A DNA stretch of 64,000 nt. Source: Felis catus. Its lineage: Eukaryota. Every line of letters starts with the position of its first letter. Position 1 is the first letter of the stretch. The notes under the pieces are model-generated. The model did no database searches and was not told the DNA's origin. It worked only from the letters and a program-made list of their open reading frames with translations. The translations under genes and the position numbers were made by a program. Below, in pieces: positions 1 to 10,664 of the stretch. The stretch covers positions 126,480,001 through 126,544,000 of the forward strand of contig NC_058386.1 of the NCBI RefSeq assembly GCF_018350175.1, given 5' to 3'.

Positions 1-171
1 CCTTTTGTATAGGTAAGCGGGTAGAGCTCATCACGTGTTCTCAACATCCACCATAAGTAGACCTCAAGTAAGAGGACGTGACGCCACCAGGCCCCGCACA
101 TAGTCCATCCTGAATTTCCCTGGGAACTGGGGTGGCCGTGTGTATTAGGTCGTGGCTGTTTCAGACGGTGC

Positions 172-588
172 GTTTGTGTTCCCTCCCCCACATTAATATG
201 CTGAAGCCCTAAACCCCAGTGTGGCTGTATTCGGAGATGGGACCTTTGAGGAAGTAAGTTTAAATGAGGTCATAAGAATGGGGCTCTGGTCCAATAAGAG
301 TGGTGTCCTTATAAGAGAGACACCAGAGAGCACCCCCCCTCTTCCTCTCCCTCCCTCCCCGCCCCTACTCCCCCGCTCTCTCCTCACCTGCACTGAGGAG
401 AGGCCATGTGAGGACAGAGGAGAAGGTGGACCTCTACAAGCAAGGAAGCAAATTCTCACCAGAAGCTGAATTTGCTGGCACCTTGATCATGGACTTCTAG
501 CATCCAGAACTGTGAGAAAATAAATTTCTGCTGTGTAAGCCACCCAGTGTGAGGTACTTTGCTATAGCAGCTTGAGCAGACTAATACA
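172..588 (+). mobile_element. MaLR LTR (MLT1-type); mirror copy at ~20005-20421 (-)
   Basis: Typical MLT1 motifs: atgctgaagccctaaaccccag, aaatgaggtcataag, ggtgtccttataaga, aataaatttctgctg, and terminal gactaataca. Confidence 0.8.
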
Positions 589-829
589 ATTAATCGGCTT
601 TATCCAAGGAAAAAATAAGCTTTTTCATATCTTTATGACAGGAGCTAGTTTTGCAACTTGGAGCAAGGTGCCTACTGAAGTTAGGCTTCTACCCTCCCAC
701 AGAAACTGAAGATCGGGACACAATCTTGCTTGATGTTTACATTCCAAAGAGATGTTTCCCAGGTCCTTGAAGAACACATTCCTGGGCTATAAAGATGGCA
801 AGGGGCTCTTTTAGCCTTTTGTTCCTTAA

Positions 830-832
<3 letters not shown>

Positions 833-870
<38 letters not shown>

Positions 871-1058
871 TATTTATTCATTTATTTATTTATTTATTCA
901 GAGAAGGAGTGGGGGGGGCAGAGAGAAAGGGAGACATAGGATCTGAAGAGTGCTTTCTGCTGACAGCACGGAGCCCGATGCAGGGCTCAAAGTCATGAGC
1001 CATGAGATCATGACCTGAGCTCAAGTCGGATACTCAAGCACTGAGCCACCCAGGTGCC
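833..1058 (-). mobile_element. Carnivore tRNA-derived SINE (CanSINE) with (TTTC)n/(TTTA)n tail; mirror ~19531-19760
   Basis: Contains gagatcatgacctgagc...ctgagccacccaggtgcc. The microsatellite tail length differs between arms. Confidence 0.85.
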
Positions 1059-1633
1059 TCTACCCTTTAAAAATACTACCTGTTTTCAAAGAAACAAAGA
1101 AAGAACTTACAAGTCGTGTAAAGTAAATGCTTTAAGGAAGGGGAGGGGACCATCTCTTCCCATATTTTCAACAGGGAGAATGAAGCCTTTTACTTTATTC
1201 TTTTTTAATAAGCTGTATGGCCAATGTGGGGCTCTAACTCATGACCCCGAGATCAAAAGTCACATGTTCTATGGACTGAGCCAGCCAGGTGCCCCTAAGC
1301 CTCTTATTTTTAATGTGTACATGTTCTTAAAGCAGCTCTCTCTAAAATATGCTGAATCCTGAAAACTTGCTAAGGTCCCTGATTAGTTTGACAGCTCTTT
1401 TGTAGACGCCACTAGATTTTCTATATACGTAATCATGTCTGAGAATGAGGGGGGGTTTTCTTCTTTCTTGCCAATCTGGATGCCTGTTATTGCTTGATTT
1501 GTCTTCTCATCACGGGTTGGATCCTCCTGCTTCTCTGCATACCTGGTAATGTTGGGCTGGATGCCAGACAGTGTGATTTTTCCTTGGGTTCTGGATGGCT
1601 TTGTATTCCTGTTTTAAAGGTTAGAATTTTCTC

Positions 1634-1812
1634 TTTTTATTTTGGAGACAGAGAGAGCGGGGGAGAGGGGCAGAGGGTGAGAGAGAGAATCTTGAGCAGG
1701 CTCCACGCTCAGCACAGAACCCGACTCCGGGCTCGAACCCATGACCCTGGAGCCATGACCTGAGCCAAAATCGAGAGTCAGACGCTCAACCAACTGAGCC
1801 ACCCAGGTGTCC
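1634..1812 (-). mobile_element. CanSINE; mirror ~18779-18958
   Basis: Contains gagccatgacctgagcc...gacgctcaaccaactgagccacccaggtgtcc. Confidence 0.85.
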
Positions 1813-3189
1813 TTGGATGTCTTTGTATTCCTAAACATAGTCATGAGCTTTGCTCAGGGATGCTGGTAAGTGAGTGGGAAAAGATTGATCCTTTTGAGTC
1901 TTGGCTTTGAAGATTTGCTGCGTGGGACCAGAACAGCTCAGTGGAGGATTCGTTTTTCCCGCTACACTACTGAGGCAAGACCCTTCTGAGTGCCCTGCCC
2001 AAGGCCTCCAGAATTACGCGGTCTGTCCTCCCTGCCGGTGGGGATAGCCACCAGTCTCTGTCCTGCTTGAGGGGTCGGCACAATTACCTTTCCTCCTTTA
2101 AGATGGCTCTTTCTCTGGCTTCACATGGTTTGCTCACACACTTGTGCTGATCAGTGGTGTGCTGCACACTCCAGCAGGACCCTCTGTGTATACGTGGGCA
2201 TCTCACCAATCAGCACTTCCCTTCCCACTTAGAGCTGCGTTTTGTCTCTTAGAACCAAAGTACTCCAACTCATACAGATGAGAACGGTCAGTGGGTTTCA
2301 AGCAACAGACTCAGGAAATGCGGGGTGATTTGGGTGATCCGCAATGACTTACTGGGTGAAGCTGGGGGGAGGCCAACAGACTCCCATTCACATCGCAGGA
2401 CAGGGAAGCAGAGAACCCAACTGTCACCAGTGCGCAAGCTGGACCATGTGTTCTCCGAAGGCAAACTCTAGGTAGAGTTTGGGCACACGCTGCCGGGGGA
2501 AACCATTTTTAAAGGTGACCACGTGGTACACGGTCACGTCTGATGGTCTCGGGTAACCCAGAGCCTGGGAACCACTACTCCAATCTTGACATGATTGCGT
2601 CCAGACCCAGAAGGAACCTTCCGGCCTCTCTCTGACCTTGCTGGTGGGGTCCCTTAGCGCAGGCAGCCAAAGTGTGGAGACGTCAAGAAAAACCCACCTC
2701 AGAAAAGGTCCTGAGAGTTGTTTGTTACATTGCCATTGCAATGGTAGCTGGGTCTCCAACCTCCCCGCGTCTCTGTCCTTAATGCAAGAGCACCAAAGAG
2801 TGGCTTCCTCGCAGTTGTCGCGAGGATATCTGACATTGTTGGGCAGACTTGGAGAACCACAAATCCCTCTGAAATGTCACCCGGCTGACTGACACTTCTG
2901 TGAGCTTGCCTCCTGGCATTCCAGAAGAAACCAATTTCCTCTGCTTGGGAGAGAGTTTCTCTATGTCTCCTCTGTCCTTTTTCCTCTCTTCCTCCCTCCC
3001 TTCTCTTCTACTCACTCTCCCCTCCTCCTCCTCCTCCTCCTCCTCCTCCTTTTTCCTCTCCCCTCCTCTCTCTTTCCTCCCTTCACTCCCAATGTTCCAG
3101 ACCATGTCCTTCAGATCATTGCCCTAGACAGGCCATCCTGTACCACCCAACCTAAATTAGCTGGAACAACAAAAGTGCAAGATTAAACT

Positions 3190-3549
3190 GAAGGGGGGTT
3201 TAGAATTTGCTGAAGATGACATTTCACCTCAAGGGAGAAATACAGATTATTCGCTAAGTGGTTTGGGACACCTTGACTAAAACCTTTTGGAAAGAAAACA
3301 AACTTACATACCAATGTTCTTTCTCACGAAAATTACCTCCCAGGATGTTAAAGTTTTAAAGTACTAGAAGATGTTCTCAGTGAATATTTTTGTAATTTTA
3401 TACTGAGGAGGGCCCTTTCATAGGAAATGCAAACCGCAAATTATACTGAAACAATGGATCACATAAACAAAAAAATTTTAAGCCACTCTATACCAAAAGA
3501 CCAGGAGCACAGATAAAATGAAGAAATGGCAAGGAAAGGTATTTTCCAA
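3190..3549 (+). mobile_element. Old L1 fragment (mirror 17028-17400; a diverged related fragment lies at ~50620-51200)
   Basis: A-rich L1 ORF2-3' type sequence (gacatttca...agtactagaagatg...taattttata...), with the same motif order at 50620-50860. Confidence 0.55.
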
Positions 3550-4070
3550 TTATAACAAAACTTTGATATNNNNNNNNNNNNNNNNNNNNNNNNNNNNNNN
3601 NNNNNNNNNNNNNNNNNNNNNNNNNNNNNNNNNNNNNNNNNNNNNNNNNNNNNNNNNNNNNNNNNNNNNNNNNNNNNNNNNNNNNNNNNNNNNNNNNNNN
3701 NNNNNNNNNNNNNNNNNNNNNNNNNNNNNNNNNNNNNNNNNNNNNNNNNNNNNNNNNNNNNNNNNNNNNNNNNNNNNNNNNNNNNNNNNNNNNNNNNNNN
3801 NNNNNNNNNNNNNNNNNNNNNNNNNNNNNNNNNNNNNNNNNNNNNNNNNNNNNNNNNNNNNNNNNNNNNNNNNNNNNNNNNNNNNNNNNNNNNNNNNNNN
3901 NNNNNNNNNNNNNNNNNNNNNNNNNNNNNNNNNNNNNNNNNNNNNNNNNNNNNNNNNNNNNNNNNNNNNNNNNNNNNNNNNNNNNNNNNNNNNNNNNNNN
4001 NNNNNNNNNNNNNNNNNNNNNNNNNNNNNNNNNNNNNNNNNNNNNNNNNNNNNNNNNNNNNNNNNNNNNT
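3550..4070. other. Assembly gap (521 N); other gaps at 26309-26476, 47463-47594, 60536-60697
   Basis: Runs of n in the sequence. Confidence 1.
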
Positions 4071-4296
4071 TCATAGGTGAGAACTGATTGGCTACAGAAG
4101 GGACTGCTTGGTGGGAAAAAATCACAGGTCAGGAGGCATTACCAGTGGTCCGTGTGGACAGTTGCTCTGGGCATATCCGGAATTGCATTGTGGAGTAAAG
4201 GGGTGAAGCATTGTGAGAGAGCGCTTTGTCCTTCAGTGATGCCTTGAGAGGGTGGGCGGATTCAAAGTTGGGTCTCAGGTGGCTGGTGGAGGCCCC

Positions 4297-5461
4297 GTGA
4301 GGGCAGCAGACGAAGGCACGGGTGCCGTGGGCGTGGTGGTGGGCGCAGCAGGTGGTGGCCAGTGTGTGCCAGGTGGACCTCGTGGTGTCAGTGGCCCCAG
4401 AGTCCCTGGTGGTTCGGGTGGTGCCTGTGACCCTGGCCATCCCAGCAACCCCGGAGGCCTGAGCGATCCGGAAAGAACCAGCATTGTGGGAGAGGTAGGT
4501 GCCGCCGCTCTGGTGGCGCTCTCCAAATGGAGCGGGCGCCACCCTACACACCAGGTCCTGGTGGATGATGCCGCGCCTGGCGCTAGAGGTCCTGGAAACC
4601 GACTGCTTCAGTTGTATCCTATTCAAGGAGTCCCAGCGGGCTGGACGGCAGGGGGATGGGCTGGAGGTGGTCTGGCGCGCGGCGGGGTGGGGTGTGGGGG
4701 GGAGACTTGGGGAAGTGGAGTTGAAAGGGGAGCAGGAGGGAGCTCCGGGCACCTGGAGGGTATCGGCTAGGGTTTGGCCCGTGCTGACAGAGGATGGGGA
4801 GTGGGGTGGACCGCCTGATGGGGACTGAAGCGGTAGGGACAATGCTATCCGGGGTGGCCTGGCTGTATAGGGTGGGAGGTTGTGGACAGCCTGAGGGTCA
4901 GCCTGGGGTGGGGAAGGCAGGCCTCACTGAAGAGGAGGCCTGAGGCACAGGCAAAATTTAGTACTGTGGATGGTGCCTTAACCCAGTCTCCACCAGCACC
5001 CTCACTATACCTTTCCCCTCGGCCATGGATGCGGAGATTGCCCACAGGTTCCTGACTCCAAACGAGGAGCTCCAGGAGCCAGTTCGGGAGGAGCTCCATG
5101 TGAACGGCAGCATCCTGACTGTGTTAGTTCTAGAACGGTCCAGGGAGAGGGTGGTGGCAGGTGACCAGGGACAAGGTCAATTCCGGAGGAGCTGTAACGG
5201 AGACAAGGGAAACAGGAAAGGAGTGAGTCGAAGGAAGGAGTGTGGTGCTCTAGGATCGTTGCTGTGTGAAGGGGCGGAGCGGGGAATGTGCCCCACCGGC
5301 CCTCTAACTTGACTTATTTTTTCCTACCTCGTAGCCGCTTGACTGCCGATGACCCTGGCCAGCTCCAAATGTCCATCACCTCCTGTCTTGGCCAGCTTTC
5401 CCTAGTGATACGGGCCATGCAGATCATCATGCCCCCCTTTTTCACAAAGCCGCAGCAGTGA
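4297..5461 (+). CDS. CTAG1/CTAG2(NY-ESO-1/LAGE-1)-family gene A (Pcc1 domain); no in-frame ATG, GTG at homologous start; functional status uncertain
   Basis: Exons 4297-4613, 4997-5122, 5335-5461 splice to an open 189-aa frame. Exon 1 is Gly-rich and ends ARGPGNRLLQ(F). Exon 2 reads TLTIPFPSAMDAEIAHRFL...EELHVNGSILT. Exon 3 reads VRLTADDPGQLQMSITSCLGQLSLVIRAMQ. This resembles NY-ESO-1 ARGPESRLLEF...KEFTVSGNILTIRLTAADHRQLQLSISSCL. Both introns are phase 2. Confidence 0.7.
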
Positions 5462-6367
5462 AAAGGTGGCTGGACCCAACTCTGTGTCCCCCCCACATGA
5501 CAGTGATTCCTGCAGCAGCTGCCGTTTTCTTACTGAGGCCGCATCTTTTGCCTATACTGGCCCTTGGGTGCTTCAGATCCACATTTTTTTTTTTTTTTTT
5601 TTTTTTTTTTGGTGATCAAATGGTAACTGCTACTATTCTGTGTCTGGGTTTATTTTTAAAGCATCTACGCCTTCTCCTATTCTCGCCTTTGTTCTCAGGT
5701 AGGGGGAGAGATTCTGACATTCAGATACTCAAGTACTAGAAGGCAATTGAAGAAGACAAGTTAGGCGACGGGAGAAAAAAATTATGTCCTGTTATTCAGG
5801 ACATTAACTACTGTCAACATGTTAGAACTTTTGTTTTAGTTTTATACTAGCATGTACATAGTCATGTATAATACCTGCAGAGTAGGACTTTGTGGCTTCT
5901 CGGCCTTGATTCAGATCTGTGCAGAAGAGCGCTGGGACAGCTGGCTAGGTCGGCCCCACTGCCCATTCTATACTCCCGTGTCATCAGAGGCCTCATTCCC
6001 TGAGGTTCCGAACCCACAATTCTCAGAGCTCCTTGTGGTTGGCTCTCACTTGTATCATCCTTCCCCAAAGTGTTTTTCCAGTTTATTACGCTGCTGCTTG
6101 CTTCCCTGAAGTCCTGACAAGGGTCCTGGAGGAAAACAAAAAGGGGAAGAGGTCTCCCTGAGGTGGGGAGGGGACATGAAGTACATTACCCTTTGCCTTC
6201 CCCTCCAAGACTCTCTTATTTAGCACAACAGTGGGGCCACGTACAAGGCACCCGAGTGGCTGAGGAGGGGAATGGGCGACGCCCCGGTGCACGAGGTGAG
6301 TCTCTAAATCGGAGAGAGGAGGAACAGAGCCTTGCCTGAGGGAGAATTAGCAGTGTCAGCAGAGAGA

Positions 6368-6800
6368 GACTGAGCAGTGGAGAACGCCGTGACTCTATAG
6401 TTACGAATCTGTACCTGAGCGTCTCCAAATAGGTCCTCAGGACAAGTGAGGAAAGTAAAGGCACAGCTGCCTTGTCCTGGAGGCAGGTGTCACAGCAAGA
6501 AGGTGGCCAGTGTCTAGAGCGGCCTGTGGCTGGTGGAAGCATTTCAATGAGCAGTGTCACCAAAGAGCGCCTCAGCCTGAGCCTCGGACTGTCTCTGTCT
6601 GCCCTGTTCTTTGTCACTGCCTACGGGGCAGGCAGCTCTCATCTCCGGGCACGGGCAGGAGGAACCTGCAGCCGGAAAACAAGGATCTTTCAACACGTGC
6701 ACGTCTATAAACCCCGCCCTCGGCCGCCTCTCCAGCAGCTGCTGCCTCTCCAGCGGCTGCTCCCTCACCAATCGTCGCCACGCGCTGTGACGCGTGACCC
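6368..6800 (-). promoter_or_regulatory. Unidentified promoter-like element S (CCAAT, GC box, TATA-like); copies at 36840-37272 and 39790-40135
   Basis: On the mirror copy: ATTGG 36868-36872, GGGCGGGG 36921-36928 and TTTATA 36929-36934 in a CpG-rich setting. The third copy is truncated by L1. Confidence 0.4.
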
Positions 6801-7504
6801 CACTGCACCCACGCAAACCAGTCCCACCTCAGCTCCACCCCCTCCCCACACCCCTAGCCCCTCCCCAGACCTCGTGGGAGGCCGCCAGGCACCACGGCCT
6901 GTTGTCCAGAGGGCCCTGCCTCTTCCTTGGGCTCAGTGTCCCCAGCACGTGGGGCTCCACGACCTCGCAGCGGTTCGTGGAGGGAGATGGGCCACAGCCC
7001 AGACGGACACGGCCCCGCACCCCGTCCCCTTCCCCGGTACCGGTGGACACACCAAAGCGGCCTTTGGAGGGGGCGACTGAGCACAGGTGCGGATCAGATC
7101 GGCGGTCTGGGAAGGTCACGAAGGGGCTCCCGTCGGGGGGCAAGCCTGCCAGTAGCAGGCAAGGAGGAAAGGGATGGCGACTGGAGCTAAAGTAGTTAGT
7201 GGCCACGGAGAACAGGGATGCGGTCGCATAGGGAAAAACCACAGTGCAAAAGGGAAATCACTAAAATCCCAACTTAGGAAGCTACTGTATATGTGCACGG
7301 AAATCCTGCCACGGTAGCCTGAAGTGTAAACACCTCGTATGTCTGTGTGGTGGGATTGAGGGTGGTCCCCACTTCTTTTGTGTGCATTTCTCCCCCAAAA
7401 GGTTCAGAATGACTTTACATGACCTTTGGTGTTTTCAATTCTTTGACATCCTTGTGTGCGTGATCTCTACGCCCCACGTGGTGCGGCACTCACGACCCAG
7501 TGAG

Positions 7505-8610
7505 TGCTTCCACAAGTCAGGCTTGAGAGAGCAGATGATGCCATCCAGGGCGCCGGGCAGCAGCACTCCCCGCACCAACAGCACGACGAGGACCACGCAG
7601 GGGAAGGTAGCCGTGAAGTACACGATCTGGGGCGGGGGAGGGACGGGGGGGGTAACCTGCTCAGAAGGGGCCCTGCGGCCCCGCCTCCCCACTTAGGGGT
7701 CCCCAGCCTCAGCAGGGGGGCAGGCGGGCCACACTCCCCCCACTGTGGTACGGTCCACTCCGAGGTCAAGCGGGAGGCCAGCCTGCAGCCCCCCCTTCTA
7801 CTCCTCAGAGCCTGGGCTCCTCCCGAAGGAAGCGGGGTGCTCAGCTGGCCATCGGCTGCCCCCGCAAGGACAGGTCAGCTGTAGAGAGGGAGGGTGGAGG
7901 CAGGACCTTCCCCAGGTGGGGAGCAGGACATCGGCCTGGAGGCAGGTCCCATGCTTCCTGTGGTTCTCTGCACAGAGGCAGGGTCCTGGGCAGGACGGAG
8001 TGGACTGGGCCGGCCAGAGACAGAGGCGACAGCGAGGTGACCGCGAAGACCTCTGCCTCCGTCCCACCCTCAGCAGAGCAGGACAGGTAGGCAAAGGAGG
8101 GCCACGGGCCGGGTCCCCCCAGGCTGGCCGCAAAGCAGAGAGTGAGGAAGTAGTGAGTGAGGAAGAGAGGGAAACTGGGGCAGGGATGCCCGACACAGGC
8201 AAGTTCAGCTGGGGGTCGCCTGGGCCTGTCCCCTCAGGACGGAAGTCGGCTGGGCTGGAGTGTGGAGGTTGCGGAGCACTACCCAGGCACGCGTGGGAAA
8301 TCCACCGGGCTGGGTTCAAGGACCTGCCCCCGCCTCAGGCCCTGGCCCGGTCACCTCGCATGGCAGGGTCCACCTGCCCCCCCCTAGCGGAGACACCCCT
8401 TCTCCCCACCGGCCATGCTGCCCCCACCCCTGCCATCATCACCCACCCCGACCCGCCGGCCTCCAGCTGTACCTTTCCTGTTGACTTGACCCCCTTGCAG
8501 ACACAGAAGTAGGCCAGCACCCAGCAGGCCTGCAGACACAGGGTCACCTCCCAGTTGAGGGCCCCTGGCACGTCCAGCCCCCCCACCCCGAGAGCCGAAA
8601 GACTTTGTTC
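7505..8610 (-). pseudogene. SLC6A8: SLC6A8 (creatine transporter) fragment, exon 4 - intron 4 - most of exon 5
   Basis: Exon 4 at 8473-8610 ([36 protein letters not shown]) is 138 nt vs the canonical 133, so it is frameshifted. Exon 5 starts at 7626 ([31 protein letters not shown]) and breaks off before its donor. Confidence 0.93.
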
Positions 8611-9164
8611 CTGGGGGGAGGGGGGGACAGCCCGTCAGGGCTGCCGCAGCAGAGGGCAAAGCGACCGGGGAGCTGTCGCCGGGGCGGTGCTCCCCCGAGC
8701 CGCTGCCCTCAAGTCCAGGTGGGCCCCCCTGGGCCCCCGGCCCAAGCCCACAGCCATTGCAGTGGGAGGCAGGAGCCCGGGAGCCCCCGGCCGGAGGCCG
8801 GTCGCGCCCTCGGCGGTGTACCCTCCCCCAGGCTGGCAGGCACTAGGGGACTGACGGCGCCCGGGACCGACAAATGGTGAGGGAGCCAGGCCCATCCCTT
8901 CCAGCTCCCCTAGGGGCCGTGCGGGGTGTGCTCCCTGAGGACAGGCAGGGCCTGGGAGTGGCCCCTGCTCGGCATCCCGCGTAGGCCCCCCCCCCCGGCC
9001 CCCGGGTCGCAGGGCCCCCGGGACACGCAGACCCGAGCCGTACGGGGAGCCCACAGACAGGGACAGGCACGGTGCTGCCCAGAAGCGCCTGAGCGCGGCC
9101 CACGCCTCGATGCCCGGGACCGGGCGGGCGGCGGTCAGCTGGCTGCTGGCAAGTGCGCCCGGCT

Positions 9165-9398
9165 GGCGCCTGCGCAGACACAGGCTTGGGGGGAGGGGCG
9201 GGCCGGGCCGGAAACAGTCACGTGCCAGTGGCCTCACCAGAATGCTCTCGGGGACGTAGGAGCCCGACAGTGACGTCACGCGTCGGGGGGCGCAGCGTCC
9301 GGAACCAGCCTCCATCTCCTCGGGGTCAGCGTCGACCGGATCCAGGCTCTGCCGGCTCGGTGGCAACCAGCTCCGCGGGGTCTGTCTGCGCAGGCGCC
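9165..9398. promoter_or_regulatory. CpG-island promoter region of gene B (NRF1-like x2, GC box, E-box, full CRE); mirror 34238-34471
   Basis: GGCGCCTGCGCA 9165-9176, GTCACGTG 9217-9224, TGACGTCA 9271-9278, TGCGCAGGCGCC 9387-9398. Confidence 0.6.
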
Positions 9399-9524
9399 CT
9401 GGCCATCCCCGACAGCCTTGCGCGCCGAGGGGCCGGGCTTCGCGAGGCCTGCCAGGGGTCTCAGCGGTCGGCCGACAGTGGGCGCAGCGTAGCGGTGGGC
9501 TCTGAGGAGGCCGGTGCGGCGGCC

Positions 9525-10664
9525 ACGAGGGCCCCGGACGACGAAGCGGCCTCTCCGGCCCCGGACGACGGCGCGGAGGAAGTGGCGGTCACGCAGGCCC
9601 CTGACGATGACGGCGCGGACGGCGCGGCGGTCACGCGGGCTCCCGAGGGTGGCGCGGAGGACGCGGGGGCAGGCCCACAGGCCTCCGACGGAGGCACGGA
9701 CGGCCACGACCCCCAGCTTAGCCCCCGAGGTCCCGGTTGCCAGGGCAACTGCAGCCGCCACGATGGCGAGGGTGGCCCTGGCAGCAAGGGAGCAGTGGTC
9801 GAGGGGGCCTGCGCCCCTCCCCTGGCCGAACGGGCCCCGAGGGCCCTGGCCCCCGGTGGAGACGCAGCGCCGGCGGCGGCGGCGGTGACCTCCTCAGGAC
9901 TGCTGGAGTTGTATCCTTTCCGTGGAGCCTGTCTGGGCAGGGGCCGTGGCGGGGTGGCTGGGGAGCAGGGCGGCAGCCCGGGGACGGGACGGACGGGGGC
10001 GGGGGTGGGCAGCCTGGCGGGCCCCCAGGGTGGGGGAAGCGGCTCAGGGTGGGCAGAGGTGGCGGGAGGGAGCGCGAGTGTCCCGGGGGTAGAGGCGGGC
10101 CTCTGAGTGGTCAGGAGGCTTCAGGCCATGGGAACTCCAGGAGCCCGTTGTGCCTTAACCGGGTGCCTCCCAGCAGGCTCACTGTGTCTTTCCGGTCGCC
10201 CCTGGAGGCAGAGATGGCCCGCAGGGCCCTGACTACACACGTCCAACGCCACCGAGGGTTGGCTCAGAAGGAGCTTTGCGTGAGGGGCAGCGCCCTGGCC
10301 GTGTGAGTCCTCCAACAAGAGTATGCGCGGGACGGGTGGGCGGTGGCGGCGGGTGCCGTGGTCGCATCTCTGCCTTCCAGTGCCGTCGTGGAGGCCCCGA
10401 CGCACGCTGTTAGGTGGAAGGCGGGGGGGTGGGGGGTTGTGTGGGGGAAGGGGCTGGTGCCCTGCACCTCCACAGCAGGTCTCCCCTTTAACCGGATTTC
10501 CCTCTTCCCTCACTTCTAGGAGATGGACTACTGAAGACCCCATCTGCTTCCGAGTTTCCGTCAACTCCTTCTTGGACCGGCTTCCCCTGGTGATACGAAA
10601 CATTCGCGCCTTGGGGTCCCGGCCTCCGCGGCGCCTAGGTCCGGGAAAGGGGGCCGAGGCCTAA
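9525..10664 (+). CDS. LAGE3: LAGE3-like Pcc1-domain gene B; ACG at homologous start, no exon-1 ATG; functional status uncertain
   Basis: Exons 9525-9910, 10174-10302, 10520-10664 give an open 219-aa frame. Exons 2-3 read FRLTVSFRSPLEAEMARRAL...QKELCVRGSALAVRWTTEDPICFRVSVNSFLDRLPLVIRNI, resembling LAGE3 FTLSVPFPTPLEAEIAHGSL...VRWKAEDCRLLRISVINFLDQLSLVVRTM. It is convergent with a PLXNA3 3' end, as native LAGE3 is. Confidence 0.72.

Larger units (their letters stand above)
1..3549. repeat. Inverted repeat 1, left arm (partner 17028-20592)
   Basis: Position 1 is the reverse complement of ~20592. Identical ORFs mirror each other (221..469+ / 20124..20372-; 1494..1763+ / 18826..19095-). The arm ends at an N gap and may extend left of the window. 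Confidence 0.97.

Noticed and set aside
3518-4125. ORFs spanning X runs (also at 26021-26542, 47153-47818, 60309-60716)
   Set aside because: They are open only because of N gaps.
9153-10106. 317-aa single ORF (and 4252-4770, 24299-24880, 51968-53248) sharing an apparent 'LxLYP' motif
   Set aside because: The motif is the translation of the TT|GTATCC splice donor. These ORFs are exon 1 plus intron read-through, not single-exon genes.
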